Assembly (NCBI GenBank): GCA_005223125.1 | Contig: NJBH01000021.1 | Location: 1 to 63,024, forward strand | Direction: 5' to 3' | Length of the DNA: 63,024 nucleotides | Source of the DNA: Promethearchaeota archaeon Loki_b32 | GTDB lineage: Archaea > Asgardarchaeota > Lokiarchaeia > Sigyniarchaeales > SOKP01 | Shown here: one piece after another, positions 50,006 through 60,938 of the stretch | Layout: the number at the start of each line of letters is the position of its first letter | Numbering within the stretch: position 1 is the stretch's first letter | Made by a program: the position numbers and the translations under genes | Notes under the pieces: generated by a model | What the model was told of the DNA's origin: nothing | What the model saw: the letters and a program-made list of their open reading frames with translations, nothing else | Databases searched by the model: none

Positions 50006-51766
50006 TTAGTGAGTAAAATAACAATAAAGATGATTTTTTTCAAGTCGATCAGGATTTACAAATCCATAACGTTCGAATTGAATTGTCTTATTCATAGGTA
50101 TTTTTAACAGATCTATCTCACCATTTCCTTTCGAAATTGTTCCATCTGGTTGAAGAATAGAAACTTTTACATTTTCATCCTTTGGAACCCATTGAATAAT
50201 TGAAAATTCACGATTTAGTTCCTTACTATGATATATTGCTTCTAAATTTTTATTAGCGATATCAATAGAGGATATTTGAATATTTATTAAGTCTTTTAAT
50301 CGAATTACTTGATCTTTTTTTAGAGTTTTGACATCTGATAGGGTTATTAACAATCTCAATTGATTATTTTTAGGAGTACATTTAATTCTTCTCTTTCCTT
50401 TTTCTGGACTTGTTGGAAGTAAAAATGGTTCAGCAATATATATACCATTTGGAATTTGATTTATCGTAAGTGAAACTGGATCTTCTACGTAAAAATATCG
50501 GTTGGAAATATCATCAATAATATCTTGATTTTTTGAATATAACCAATTAACTGAAAAATTTATACTTGACTGAGACATTGATAAATCCAATAAACTTTCT
50601 TTCAGGGCTTCTGGTTTTATTCCTCTTCTTTTAAGTGATTGCAAACTCCAAGTTCTCGGATCATCCCACCCATCATATATCCCTTTTTGGATTTGATTTC
50701 TAGCCTCAGTTTTGCTTAATTTTAGATCAGGGAATTTTAATCTACCATAATAAAGTAATTCTGCTTTTTTCCAACCAAAATGATCCCAAATAAATTCTTC
50801 GATAATGCCTTCCTTTACTAAATCTATTCCTCGTATAATATGAGACGCATCTATTAAATGATCATCAATAGCCCACGAATATTCTAACAGTGGCCACACA
50901 ATATATTTATTACCTACTTTTGGATGTTCCGCTTCAGAAATTCTCATTATTATTTGATCTCTTAAAGCAGGATCTTTTTGATCCATACCTGTTCTTAGTC
51001 TTACAACTGCCTCACCCTCATGGTATTTCCTATTAAGCATATTTTCCCATTCTTCAAGGTTTTTTTCAATTGAATGATTTCTATGTGGACAATCTTTTTT
51101 ATTTTTTTTATATTCTTCCCTAAATTTATTTGCGGAACAAAAACAAACATAAGCGATATTATCTTGAATTAATTTTTCGCAGTACTCATAAAATATTTCT
51201 AATCGATCACTTTTATAATATATTTTACTATATTTTACCCCCAACCACTCTAGTCCTTCTTTAATTAAATCATAAGATTCAGTTAATACATACTTAGCTT
51301 TAGGACTATCACGTAATGATTTTGGGCTTCCAATTGTATCATCATAGAAGAGGATAAGTTCTCCATTATACTTTTTTACATATTCATCATTCAGTACAAT
51401 CATCCTAGCATTTCCAATATGTAATGCCCCACTTGGATAAGGAGCTAAACGCATAACAATTTTTTTATAATTAGAAACATTAGGTAAATCTGGTAATACT
51501 TTTGTATCTTCAATTTTTTCTTCCTTATCTAACGCATGTGGGTCTAATTCTAATAACCGTTCTTCCTGTTGTTCAATAGATAGATTTAAAATTTCCTCAA
51601 TAATTTGATCTAAAATAGGAATAATAATTTTAGCTTTAGATCTTAAATCAGGTTTTGTAGCCATAAGTTTTCCCATTATTGCCTTTTTATTTGGTTTTCC
51701 ATTGAATTTAACTGCATTCTTCAAACCGCTTAACCATAAGATCTTTCTTATTTCTTCATCATTCAT
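50006..51766 (-). CDS. gltX: Glutamate--tRNA ligase, archaeal type
   Basis: RLAPYPSGALHIGN, LSKT, GWDDPR, QFERYGF. Confidence 0.95.
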   Translation of the reverse strand: MNDEEIRKILWLSGLKNAVKFNGKPNKKAIMGKLMATKPDLRSKAKIIIPILDQIIEEILNLSIEQQEERLLELDPHALDKEEKIEDTKVLPDLPNVSNYKKIVMRLAPYPSGALHIGNARMIVLNDEYVKKYNGELILFYDDTIGSPKSLRDSPKAKYVLTESYDLIKEGLEWLGVKYSKIYYKSDRLEIFYEYCEKLIQDNIAYVCFCSANKFREEYKKNKKDCPHRNHSIEKNLEEWENMLNRKYHEGEAVVRLRTGMDQKDPALRDQIIMRISEAEHPKVGNKYIVWPLLEYSWAIDDHLIDASHIIRGIDLVKEGIIEEFIWDHFGWKKAELLYYGRLKFPDLKLSKTEARNQIQKGIYDGWDDPRTWSLQSLKRRGIKPEALKESLLDLSMSQSSINFSVNWLYSKNQDIIDDISNRYFYVEDPVSLTINQIPNGIYIAEPFLLPTSPEKGKRRIKCTPKNNQLRLLITLSDVKTLKKDQVIRLKDLINIQISSIDIANKNLEAIYHSKELNREFSIIQWVPKDENVKVSILQPDGTISKGNGEIDLLKIPMNKTIQFERYGFVNPDRLEKNHLYCYFTH

Positions 51767-51866
51767 TTAAAATTTACATCTAATCTATTATTTTGAGACT
51801 TGTATTCTAAATTTATAATTATAAATGGTTCAACGCTAAAAAATAATTTTCCCTCTTAGTATATAT

Positions 51867-52832
51867 TTATGATTTAAAAAGATTTTGAACAATATCAGTA
51901 GCTTCTTTCATGATTTGGTCAATTAATTCTTTAACGGTAGGGATATTGTGAATAAGTCCTACACCTTGGCCACATGAAACTATTCCAGCAGTTAAATCTC
52001 CTTGTTCATACATGAGTTTCGATTTGGAGCCCGCGGCGATATCGAATATCTCCATCTGGTCGATTTTTGAAGATTCTAATTCGAGAACTTTCTTTGCTAC
52101 CTGATTATTCCACACTCGATGAGCGGCACCAAGTGATCGCATGACTAGAGTTGTATCATAAATTGTAGCGTTTAAAAGTGCTTGTTTTAATTTATCATGA
52201 ATAGGACATTCCTGTGTGGTTAAAAGACGAGTACCTATTAATGCCGCTTCAGCTCCTAATGCTAAAGCTGCCACCACACCTCTTCCATCTGAAATCCCTC
52301 CTCCAGCGACAACAGGAATATTTAAGGCATCAACAGTGGCAGGTGTTAACACAAGTGTTCCGATATCAAAAAGTCCTACTGAACCCCCATTTTCCCAGCC
52401 GACTACTTCAACAATATCAGCTCCTAATGACGCTGCTTTTTTTGCATATCTCACACCGGCACATTTATGAATCCAAATTATATCATTCTTTTTAAATAAT
52501 GGAATATATTTTTCAGGAGCTTGATGACCAGAAGTTTCAATAATTTTAACACCCTCCTCAATCATAACTTTAACTAAATCAATTTGCTTTATAGGTTTAA
52601 GCATAGGAAATAAATTTACATTAACTGCGAATGGATTATTAGTTAAATTAAATAATTCATTTAGTGCTTGACGTAGGGGCTCAGGTTTACGGTACATCAC
52701 TGAAGCAAGGATTCCAAGTGCTCCAGAATTTGAACACTTAGCCGTAAAGGAAGGATAACTTATATTCATCATAGTTCCACAAAAAATTGGGTATTTTATA
52801 CCTAAAAGTTCAGTTACTTTTGTTTTTAACAT
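51867..52832 (-). CDS. Nitronate monooxygenase/FabK-family flavoprotein
   Basis: LLGIKYPI, IPVVAGGGISDGRG, GTR, GQGVGLI. Confidence 0.88.
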   Translation of the reverse strand: MLKTKVTELLGIKYPIFCGTMMNISYPSFTAKCSNSGALGILASVMYRKPEPLRQALNELFNLTNNPFAVNVNLFPMLKPIKQIDLVKVMIEEGVKIIETSGHQAPEKYIPLFKKNDIIWIHKCAGVRYAKKAASLGADIVEVVGWENGGSVGLFDIGTLVLTPATVDALNIPVVAGGGISDGRGVVAALALGAEAALIGTRLLTTQECPIHDKLKQALLNATIYDTTLVMRSLGAAHRVWNNQVAKKVLELESSKIDQMEIFDIAAGSKSKLMYEQGDLTAGIVSCGQGVGLIHNIPTVKELIDQIMKEATDIVQNLFKS

Positions 52833-52961
52833 AATCTCATTTTATCCACTTTTTTTTCTTATCGTATTAAATTACATTTTTAATATTGAAATATTAAGAT
52901 AAATTAAATACTTATTATAGAAAAGTATTATTTATCAAAAATTACACATAAACATTTTAAA

Positions 52962-53036
52962 GGCCTGGTAGTCTAGTATGGATAGGGCGCTGGCTTGCGG
53001 AGCCAGATAGCGAGGGTTCAAATCCCCCCCAGGCCA
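52962..53036 (+). tRNA. tRNA-Arg(GCG), no intron
   Basis: GGCCTGG/CCAGGCC acceptor, CTGGC-TTGCGGA-GCCAG anticodon arm, GGTTCAAATCC; CCA not encoded. Confidence 0.92.
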
Positions 53037-53073
53037 CTAAATTTTAAATTCCTTTCTTATCATAAAATTTAAT

Positions 53074-53844
53074 CTATTCGATGACATCTAAGATTTCAGA
53101 GATATTACTGATTTTTCTTAGATTTGATATATTAATTTCTTTCTCAAAAGGAAATTTGTATTTCCTTTCAAGTAAAATTGATTGTAAATTAGCTCTTTGA
53201 GCGCCAATAATATCAGCATATTCATCTCCACACACAATCACCGAATTAGCATGATTTTTTAAGCCCATTTTCTCGAGAGTGAAGAGAAATATATCGGGAT
53301 CTGGTTTCCTTTTCCCATATTTGGCAGATGTCATTATATAATTAAAATAAATCGCTAAATCATGCTTATTTAGCATGTTTTCTATTGTTTGGTGATTAGG
53401 ATGATTAGAAATTAAAGCGATCTTTATATTCTTTTCTGAAAGTGTTTTTAGTGTCTCTCTTGTGTTTTCAAAAGGTTCCCACTCATCTTCCTCGCAGGAG
53501 TGGTAAATTTCAGCTAATTTATCATAAGTATGTTGATCGATATGATCTATGCCATTAATGATATTTTCTTCTCTAAGCGATTCTAATACATTTTGAAAAA
53601 TCAAAGATGTAGGAAATTCAGTTTTAGTCTTAATACTTTTTCTAAAAAAATGTTCTCTCCTTTTAGTAAACTTCTTAATAAACGCCTCATTCGATACTTC
53701 TTCCCTCCAAATTTGCTTTTCTTTTAAAATATCAATGGATTTCACCAATCCTTTTTTAAAACATTCATAATATCTTTCAACTGAAGGATTATCAAAGTAG
53801 AATAAAGTAAAGCCGAAATCAAAAATAATTCCTTTAACCATCAT
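53074..53844 (-). CDS. HAD-family hydrolase
   Basis: FDFGFTL, ISN, KPDP, GD...DI.GA. Confidence 0.9.
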   Translation of the reverse strand: MMVKGIIFDFGFTLFYFDNPSVERYYECFKKGLVKSIDILKEKQIWREEVSNEAFIKKFTKRREHFFRKSIKTKTEFPTSLIFQNVLESLREENIINGIDHIDQHTYDKLAEIYHSCEEDEWEPFENTRETLKTLSEKNIKIALISNHPNHQTIENMLNKHDLAIYFNYIMTSAKYGKRKPDPDIFLFTLEKMGLKNHANSVIVCGDEYADIIGAQRANLQSILLERKYKFPFEKEINISNLRKISNISEILDVIE

Positions 53845-53970
53845 CGTGCTAATAATTATAAAGATTGATTCTCAATTTTAATTTATCTGAAATAAATTGT
53901 AGGTAATATTTCTTTCGTTTCTGTTAAATACTTAATAAAAAATAAATTATTAACATAGAAATTAATAATA

Positions 53971-54516
53971 ATGAGACTTAACATGTCGATCGATAAATGG
54001 ATCTCCGATAAAGATTCTAAGGAAGAGAGAATTAAAAGAGAGAAAGCTTTTAAGCAACTTTCAAAGGAAGAAGTCCAGGAGTTAAAAAAAACTAAAATTC
54101 GAGATATTGTTAAAAAAGAAGAACAAAAAACTGGTGAAGATTCAGAAAGGGAAAAATTAATACATGGTATAAATGAATTTAAAAATTGGTTAAACCAGAG
54201 AACTTATCTAAAAGGAGATATCGATAAAATCGAAACATGGATTAAAAATCTTTATTTAACAGTCAAACTTGACTCTGAGCAGAAGTCTAAACTAGCGTTA
54301 TCTAATGAAAAAAAGAAAATTGTTGAAAAATATAAAGAAATTCCACCAACATTTTTGGATGAAAAAACAAGAGTAGCCTTAAACAAACTTTTACGTGGTA
54401 CAAAAAGAACTAATTCAGATACATATTATTTAAGAAAGTTGAAAAGAAATATTCAAGAAAAGCTAAAGGAAGCAGAATATTATAAGCTTTTAAGTGAAAT
54501 ATTAAAGATATTTTGA
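53971..54516 (+). CDS. Hypothetical charged helical protein
   Basis: 181-aa ORF with no recognised motif. Confidence 0.65.
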   Translation: MRLNMSIDKWISDKDSKEERIKREKAFKQLSKEEVQELKKTKIRDIVKKEEQKTGEDSEREKLIHGINEFKNWLNQRTYLKGDIDKIETWIKNLYLTVKLDSEQKSKLALSNEKKKIVEKYKEIPPTFLDEKTRVALNKLLRGTKRTNSDTYYLRKLKRNIQEKLKEAEYYKLLSEILKIF

Positions 54517-54602
54517 AATTACCAGAAAAATTCAAAATACTTTTTATTTTATAGAATTTTATATCTTCTATATTAAAAATTAGACTTCTCTTGAATTAAT
54601 AT

Positions 54603-55691
54603 ATGTGGCTTATTTGTCCTATTGCTGGCGTTGGCAAAAGATTGCAACCTTTTACCTATTCTAAGCCAAAAGCCTTCATAAAAATAGCAGGAAAACGGTT
54701 AATTGATCATATTTTAATAAAACTGAAAAGTTCTTTTCCAAAAGGAACAAATATCTGTTTTATTGTTGGTTATAAAAAAAGACAGATAACTGAATACCTT
54801 AAAAAAAATCATTCAGATTATTTTAATCTTCATTTTATAGAACAGAAACCATTAGGATATGAGGCAGATACACCATATTTTAGTGGTCTTGGAGATGCTA
54901 TATTATTAACTAAAAGTCTTACTGAAAATGATGACTGTTTTATATTTTTGAGTGATAGGCTTCCATTAGAAGATTATTCACAAATCTTATTAAATTTTCA
55001 TCAAGATATTTGTGATGGTGTAATTAATGTTAAGCAGGTTGAGAATCCACAATTTTATGGTGTAATTGAATTAGATGAAAATGGAACTGTTAAAAGTATT
55101 GTTGAGAAACCTAAAAATCCTAAATCTAATTATGCCGTATCTGGGGCATATTTGTTTGGAATGAATATGACACCACGATTATTTGAGTTATTAGAGAAAC
55201 AAAATAAGATACCACTAGAAAATGGGCAAGAACATGCCATCACACCTATCATACAGCAATTAATTGAAGAAGGTTTTAAATTAAAAATAAATGAAATGAA
55301 AAAAGAGATATTAGATTTTGGCCGACCTGAAAGCTTAATAGCCGGCAATCGTCTTTTACTAGCAGAAGTTAAAATACAGGATCCCACTTATGAAAAATTG
55401 TATCAATCTGGTAATATAGTTGATTCGAAAATCGTTCCTCCTGTTCTCATTGGTGAGAATACCAAAATAATTGATTCAGTTATAGGTCCAAATGTCTCTA
55501 TTGGAGATAATGTAGTTTTAGAAAAATGTATTTTATCTGAATCCGTTATTGGAGATGGAGCAAACTTGAAAAAAATAATTTCTTCAGTGAGTATTGTTGG
55601 TGATTATACAATTTTAGAGGATTTAATTAAGAAAAGCATTACTATTGGAGATTCATCATATATTACTACTTCTAATATGAAATCTTTTTAG
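54603..55691 (+). CDS. Sugar-phosphate nucleotidyltransferase with left-handed beta-helix
   Basis: AGVGKRLQP...PK, GLGDAI, EKP, DFG, hexapeptide repeats. Confidence 0.9.
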   Translation: MWLICPIAGVGKRLQPFTYSKPKAFIKIAGKRLIDHILIKLKSSFPKGTNICFIVGYKKRQITEYLKKNHSDYFNLHFIEQKPLGYEADTPYFSGLGDAILLTKSLTENDDCFIFLSDRLPLEDYSQILLNFHQDICDGVINVKQVENPQFYGVIELDENGTVKSIVEKPKNPKSNYAVSGAYLFGMNMTPRLFELLEKQNKIPLENGQEHAITPIIQQLIEEGFKLKINEMKKEILDFGRPESLIAGNRLLLAEVKIQDPTYEKLYQSGNIVDSKIVPPVLIGENTKIIDSVIGPNVSIGDNVVLEKCILSESVIGDGANLKKIISSVSIVGDYTILEDLIKKSITIGDSSYITTSNMKSF

Positions 55692-55711
55692 AATTTAAAA
55701 AAAAAAGGAAT

Positions 55712-57133
55712 TTAATCAAATTTTGGTTTTTTATCTTGCCAAGGAGAAATTTCTTCAAAAGCTTTAGATACTTGAAGTACAGTTAAATCATCAAATCTTT
55801 TTCCAATTATTTGCATACCAATCGGTAAACCCCCACTCGACCAGCCACAAGGAATTGAGGCTGCAGGATTACCAATTAAATTAACAGGGAATGAAAATGC
55901 TTGCCATGCTGTAGGCGAGACATTTTTTTCATTTATTTTAGTGGGAAAACTTATTCCAATGTCAAATGCAGGTATCGCAGTTGTAGGTGTTATTAGAATA
56001 TCATAATCCTTGAATACCTTATAGAAACCCTCATAAACTGCTTTTCTCGCTTTCATAGAAGTAATTATAGCCATTCCATCATACCCCAATCCACCCTCAA
56101 CCATTTTAAGTAGTGCGGGATCTATTTTGTCCCGCCATTCTTTTAATTTTGGTTTTAAACTAAATGCAATTTCTGAAGTCCATATCGTATAAAATGGTAA
56201 TTCTGGTTTTCTAAGCCTCATTTTAACGTGTTCTGGTTCCCATCCATATTTAGTGAACTTCTCTAGAGCACTAAGAATTGCCTTTTCAACTTCAGAGTCA
56301 ATTACTTTAGCATATCCCATATTTAGTGAGTAGGCTATTTTTAATTTTTCTGGTTTCTCATCAGTTCGTTCAAAATAGCTGATTTTATCACTTGGAAGGG
56401 AATATCTATATCCTTCAAAAGGTCCTTTCATCACATCTAACATTAGAGCCGCGTCTTTCACATATCGAGTAAGGGGTCCTACAGCTTCTAATGTATGAGC
56501 AAAAATATATTCTTTAGGGTAAACTGGGACCCTTCCAAAGGTAGGTTTTATCCCATAAATACCATTCAAACAAGCTGGGATTCTTATTGAACCTCCACCG
56601 TCAGATCCTTGAGCTAAAGGACTAATTCCTGAGGCAACCGCAGCTGCCGCTCCTCCACTTGAGCCTCCACAAGTTTTATTCAGATTCCATGGATTATAAG
56701 TTTCACCAAAAATAGCATTATCCGTAACGCCTTTAAATCCGAATTCGGGAGTATTAGTCTTTCCTAAAATTACACAACCTGCATCTTTCAATCTTGTAAC
56801 ATACACACTATCTTCATTAGGGATAAAATTTTCATAAATTTTTGAACCAAATGTGGTCCGTATCCCCTTAGTCAAGGATAAATCTTTTATAGATATTGGA
56901 ATACCATTAATTATACCCCCTTCACTGCTTTTTACAGAATTATCAGCATTTTTCGCCATTTCTCTTGCTAAATCAAAAGTCAGTGTACAGTATGCATTCA
57001 ATTTAGGGTTGATTTCCTCAATCCTTTCTATTATGACCTCTGTGATTTCTACTGAACTTAATTCTTGTGTTTTTATTTTCTCTGCCATTTCATAGGCAGA
57101 CATATAACAAATATCTTCTTTATTCATCTTCAT
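55712..57133 (-). CDS. Amidase-signature family enzyme
   Basis: IKD, GGSSGG, GSDGGGSIRIPA. Confidence 0.92.
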   Translation of the reverse strand: MKMNKEDICYMSAYEMAEKIKTQELSSVEITEVIIERIEEINPKLNAYCTLTFDLAREMAKNADNSVKSSEGGIINGIPISIKDLSLTKGIRTTFGSKIYENFIPNEDSVYVTRLKDAGCVILGKTNTPEFGFKGVTDNAIFGETYNPWNLNKTCGGSSGGAAAAVASGISPLAQGSDGGGSIRIPACLNGIYGIKPTFGRVPVYPKEYIFAHTLEAVGPLTRYVKDAALMLDVMKGPFEGYRYSLPSDKISYFERTDEKPEKLKIAYSLNMGYAKVIDSEVEKAILSALEKFTKYGWEPEHVKMRLRKPELPFYTIWTSEIAFSLKPKLKEWRDKIDPALLKMVEGGLGYDGMAIITSMKARKAVYEGFYKVFKDYDILITPTTAIPAFDIGISFPTKINEKNVSPTAWQAFSFPVNLIGNPAASIPCGWSSGGLPIGMQIIGKRFDDLTVLQVSKAFEEISPWQDKKPKFD

Positions 57134-57241
57134 TTTCCTTTTTAATATTTATAATAGGATAAATTGTGATATTAAATAATATAAAAATTTCTCTTTAAAA
57201 TAAGGATCTAGAAAATTAATTTTTTTCATTTTTAATTTATC

Positions 57242-57649
57242 TTAAAATTTAAAATCAGATTGCCACTTTTTATAGCCAATTTGCCATAACTTCAATCGAG
57301 GTTTATTCACTTTATTATCCAATTCAATCCCAGGTTTAGGATTATTCATCAACTCACGGTAGCGAAAATAATATTCATTTGCACTTGGATTCTCTCTAAT
57401 TAAATCCAAGATTGCTTTTTCAGTGAAATATAAAATCAAATCTGGTTTAATTCCTGGATTTTCTTTTGTCATCTCTAAATGATTTTCATCTTTTTTATAT
57501 AAAAAATAGTGTAATTTAGTGATTTCTTCGTATGTAGAATATTCAGTAATTAAATACTCCCAACAAGCATTAATTTTAAGATGTCTCATTAAATCTGAAT
57601 TATTTGGAAAATAAGATTTCAATTTATGATACAATTCTTCGGGCTCCAT
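57242..57649 (-). CDS. Hypothetical protein, possibly SCP2-like
   Basis: PDLILYFTEKAILDLI; resembles 59205..59672. Confidence 0.5.
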   Translation of the reverse strand: MEPEELYHKLKSYFPNNSDLMRHLKINACWEYLITEYSTYEEITKLHYFLYKKDENHLEMTKENPGIKPDLILYFTEKAILDLIRENPSANEYYFRYRELMNNPKPGIELDNKVNKPRLKLWQIGYKKWQSDFKF

Positions 57650-57661
57650 CGCAAATTAGAC

Positions 57662-59155
57662 TTATTTTATTTTTTCTAAATTCAGCGGTGTACCATCATA
57701 AATATATTTTCCATAAACTAATTCCTGAGGATAATATTTACAACCTGCGGGATAAGCAGAATCTTTAATTCCGCCTAATGAAACTGTAATGTCTACAAGC
57801 ATAGGTCTTGCGTTAATATAAATGTTTGCAGCTTCTAATTGATTCTTAAAAACATCAATATTTTTTAAATTAGAAGTGTAAACTACTGCTCTCATACCGT
57901 AATTACTCGCATTTGCTAACCTTATTGCATCTTTCATGTCTTTAGCTTTAGTAACAGATCGAACTGGTCCAAAAGCCTCTTCTCGCCATAAAAATGGAGC
58001 TTTAGTTAGATCTTCACACAATTCAGGTTTTATTTCTACCAAAGTAGGCTTGTAAAATAACCCATAATCTTCACCAGTATCGATCTTATCACCACCTGTA
58101 TATATTTTGGCATTGTATTTCTTTGCATCTTCTACCATTACCTCCATCATCATCAAGATTCTCCTACTTCCCAACGGCCCGATATCCACATCTGGATCGG
58201 TTGGATCTCCGTATTTTAACTTTTCAATTTCTTTTATAAGACATTCTATATATTCATCATATATATCTTGGTGGATTATAATTCGCTTCATTGAAAAACA
58301 TTGTTGTCCAGAATTAGTATAACTAGCCATGACATTCCATTTTGCTACTTTTTCTAAATTTACGTCATCCATAACTATACCTGCATCGTTACCAGCACAT
58401 TCGAAAAAAAAGTTTTTAAATGGCTGAGTATACATAGCAACACCCATTGATTTATCAACAGTCTTTTTTAGGAATCTACCATAACGTACTAAGATATCTT
58501 TTGCCGTATGAGACGATGTAATCGTCATTATAGTTTTAATTAAGGGGGATTTGAGGAATTCATCTACGGCCCATTCTCCAGGAGCTATAACTATATTTAA
58601 GGCTTCAAGACCAGGTAAATTCATTTCTTCCATCATAGAATAAGCTTCTAACATAGTTAGAGGACATGCTGTAGATGGTTTCACTATAGCCCCGTTTCCA
58701 ACTAAATAGTTTGCACCCAATTGATAGAGGGGTAGACTTAGTGGAGTGTTACGAGGAGAAATACAGGCGGCCATACCATGTGGGATATATCTAATTTTGA
58801 CGAGTTGTTCTCCTTCTATACTTGTTAAAGATTTTTCTTCTAAGAACTGGTAATACCAATCACAAAATTTAAAACCGGTCATTACAATGTTTAGTTCCCA
58901 TTCAGAATACTTGATTGGTAACCCACCTTCTGCAACAACCAAATCCTTCAATTGGGCTTTTTTAAAACGCAATTTAGTAGCAAATTTAGAAAGAAGTTGA
59001 GAACGTTCAAAAAAATCCATTTCTTTTAATAGATGTTCATTCCTATGTGCTTTTTTTATTTTTGCACGAACTGTTTCCGGTGTGTCGGCTGGTATAGTTC
59101 TTATAACCTCACCGGTGTATTTATTTTTAATTTCTAATTCTTGTGATTTTGACAT
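57662..59155 (-). CDS. Aldehyde dehydrogenase family protein (divergent)
   Basis: PRN, VKPS, ECAGND, SGQQC, EEAFGPV. Confidence 0.88.
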   Translation of the reverse strand: MSKSQELEIKNKYTGEVIRTIPADTPETVRAKIKKAHRNEHLLKEMDFFERSQLLSKFATKLRFKKAQLKDLVVAEGGLPIKYSEWELNIVMTGFKFCDWYYQFLEEKSLTSIEGEQLVKIRYIPHGMAACISPRNTPLSLPLYQLGANYLVGNGAIVKPSTACPLTMLEAYSMMEEMNLPGLEALNIVIAPGEWAVDEFLKSPLIKTIMTITSSHTAKDILVRYGRFLKKTVDKSMGVAMYTQPFKNFFFECAGNDAGIVMDDVNLEKVAKWNVMASYTNSGQQCFSMKRIIIHQDIYDEYIECLIKEIEKLKYGDPTDPDVDIGPLGSRRILMMMEVMVEDAKKYNAKIYTGGDKIDTGEDYGLFYKPTLVEIKPELCEDLTKAPFLWREEAFGPVRSVTKAKDMKDAIRLANASNYGMRAVVYTSNLKNIDVFKNQLEAANIYINARPMLVDITVSLGGIKDSAYPAGCKYYPQELVYGKYIYDGTPLNLEKIK

Positions 59156-59204
59156 AATTCTTATTCAGTTTTTTAATTATAATTTAAAAGAAAAAGTTTA
59201 ATTC

Positions 59205-59672
59205 TTATTTATCGTCGTCATCTTCGAGGATACCAGCAGTTTTAGCAAATCTTCCATAACCCATATTAATTAAGGTTTGTGTTCTTTTGTGCAAGACAAA
59301 ATCAATCCATCCCTTTTTCTCATCTGGATTATTATAAAAAGATCCAAGAAGTTTTGCATATTCCTCTTTTGTTTTTGTTTGGATTAATTTTTCAATAGCA
59401 TCTATTGATAGTGCGAGTTCTAGATCTGAATCAACAGCGCACCCTGGTTTTATTTCAATACCATTTCCATTTCTATACACATTAAAGATATCCACAGGAG
59501 ATTCTTTAATATAGGATTCAAGTGAATCATAAAGAGCAAAATCAAAATCTGACCCAAAAATAAGATCAGAAAAAATCTCAGGATATTGTGACAGAAATGT
59601 GGTGTATTTTCTGGCTATTTCTGTCTTATATGCTTTTTTATCTATAATTTGACTCGTTAATTCTTCTTCCAA
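59205..59672 (-). CDS. Hypothetical protein, possibly SCP2-like
   Basis: IEIKPG...SDLELALSIDAIEKLI; shares EY...NNP...GY pattern with 57242..57649. Confidence 0.5.
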   Translation of the reverse strand: MEEELTSQIIDKKAYKTEIARKYTTFLSQYPEIFSDLIFGSDFDFALYDSLESYIKESPVDIFNVYRNGNGIEIKPGCAVDSDLELALSIDAIEKLIQTKTKEEYAKLLGSFYNNPDEKKGWIDFVLHKRTQTLINMGYGRFAKTAGILEDDDDK

Positions 59673-59676
59673 AATT

Positions 59677-60711
59677 TTAACACATCCTTATTCCTATTTT
59701 TTTTTTATTTTTTCCATTGATTTTAATAAAATCCTTATACCATTCGACAGTGTTCATCAAACCTTCACGAATAGGAGTGATTTGGTATCCCAATTTTTCA
59801 ATCGCACTTTTTGAAGTAAAGGCCCAATTGTATTTCATTCCTATAATCATATCAGGAGTTATATAAGGGATTCTTTTTTTTGATATGTTTGCTTTAAATC
59901 TACAAAATCGTCCATATAGAAGTCCTGCCCACATTGGAAGCTTTCTAGGCTTTTTAACTTCAGCTAATTCAGCAATTAAATTAAGAAATTCTACTATTTT
60001 TATATTTTCACCACCTAAAACAAAACCTTGCCCAATTAAGTCCTCTCTATCAATAACACTAATCATTCCATTAATAACATCATCAAAATATGACATACAA
60101 AAGAGTGATTCCCCATTCCCAGGAAGCCCTAAAAATTGCCCTGCTACGATATCGAACACCATCTCACCATATATATTGAAATCCCCAGGACCATACACAA
60201 ATCCAGGATAAAATATTACGGTTTTAAGACCCTTTTCAATATATTCGTTTATTTTTTCACGTCCAAGAAATTTAGTTCTTTCATATTCATTAATAAAGAA
60301 GTCAGCATGAGGAAAGGATTCGTCTGTTGGTTCCGTGCTATTTTTTGGATTTGTGCCAAGTGCTCCAAAAGAACTCATATAAAATAGAACTAAATTATTC
60401 TTTAGAGCTACTTCTGCAATATTTTCTGTTCCCTGAACATTTATGTCGTAAAAATCTTTTTTATCTTTTGCCCAAACTTGAACTTGTCCTGCTAGATGAT
60501 AAATAATTTGAACACCATTTATTGCATCATATAAGCTATCGATATCCCGAACATCACCAACAATATATTCAATATTTTTAAGCTCTTGGAAAGGTGTTAT
60601 ATCACTCGTATCTCGTATTAATAGTTTTAAGTTATGTCCTAAACTTTGTAGCTTTTTTACTAAAGGAACTCCAATAAAACCCGTACCACCAGTTATTAAT
60701 ATAGTTGCCAT
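59677..60711 (-). CDS. NAD-dependent epimerase/dehydratase (HpnA/3-beta-HSD-like SDR)
   Basis: TGGTGFIG, HLAG, YERTK, VYGPGD. Confidence 0.9.
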   Translation of the reverse strand: MATILITGGTGFIGVPLVKKLQSLGHNLKLLIRDTSDITPFQELKNIEYIVGDVRDIDSLYDAINGVQIIYHLAGQVQVWAKDKKDFYDINVQGTENIAEVALKNNLVLFYMSSFGALGTNPKNSTEPTDESFPHADFFINEYERTKFLGREKINEYIEKGLKTVIFYPGFVYGPGDFNIYGEMVFDIVAGQFLGLPGNGESLFCMSYFDDVINGMISVIDREDLIGQGFVLGGENIKIVEFLNLIAELAEVKKPRKLPMWAGLLYGRFCRFKANISKKRIPYITPDMIIGMKYNWAFTSKSAIEKLGYQITPIREGLMNTVEWYKDFIKINGKNKKKIGIRMC

Positions 60712-60938
60712 GACTAGAATGCTAATGCAATAAAAAGAAATTTTAAAATATTAAAAGGTTACATCGTATTAAAGTTAGATCTTAGAGATGTATAGGTTTT
60801 ATACCTTTTAATATTAGGAAACCTCGGAATAAATCTTAATATATTTTATTGTCAATTTCAGAAGGCATTTATTAAAGAAATTCAATTATTATATCTTAGA
60901 TCTTCCATAATTTTAACAAAAAGGTTAATGAATATAGA

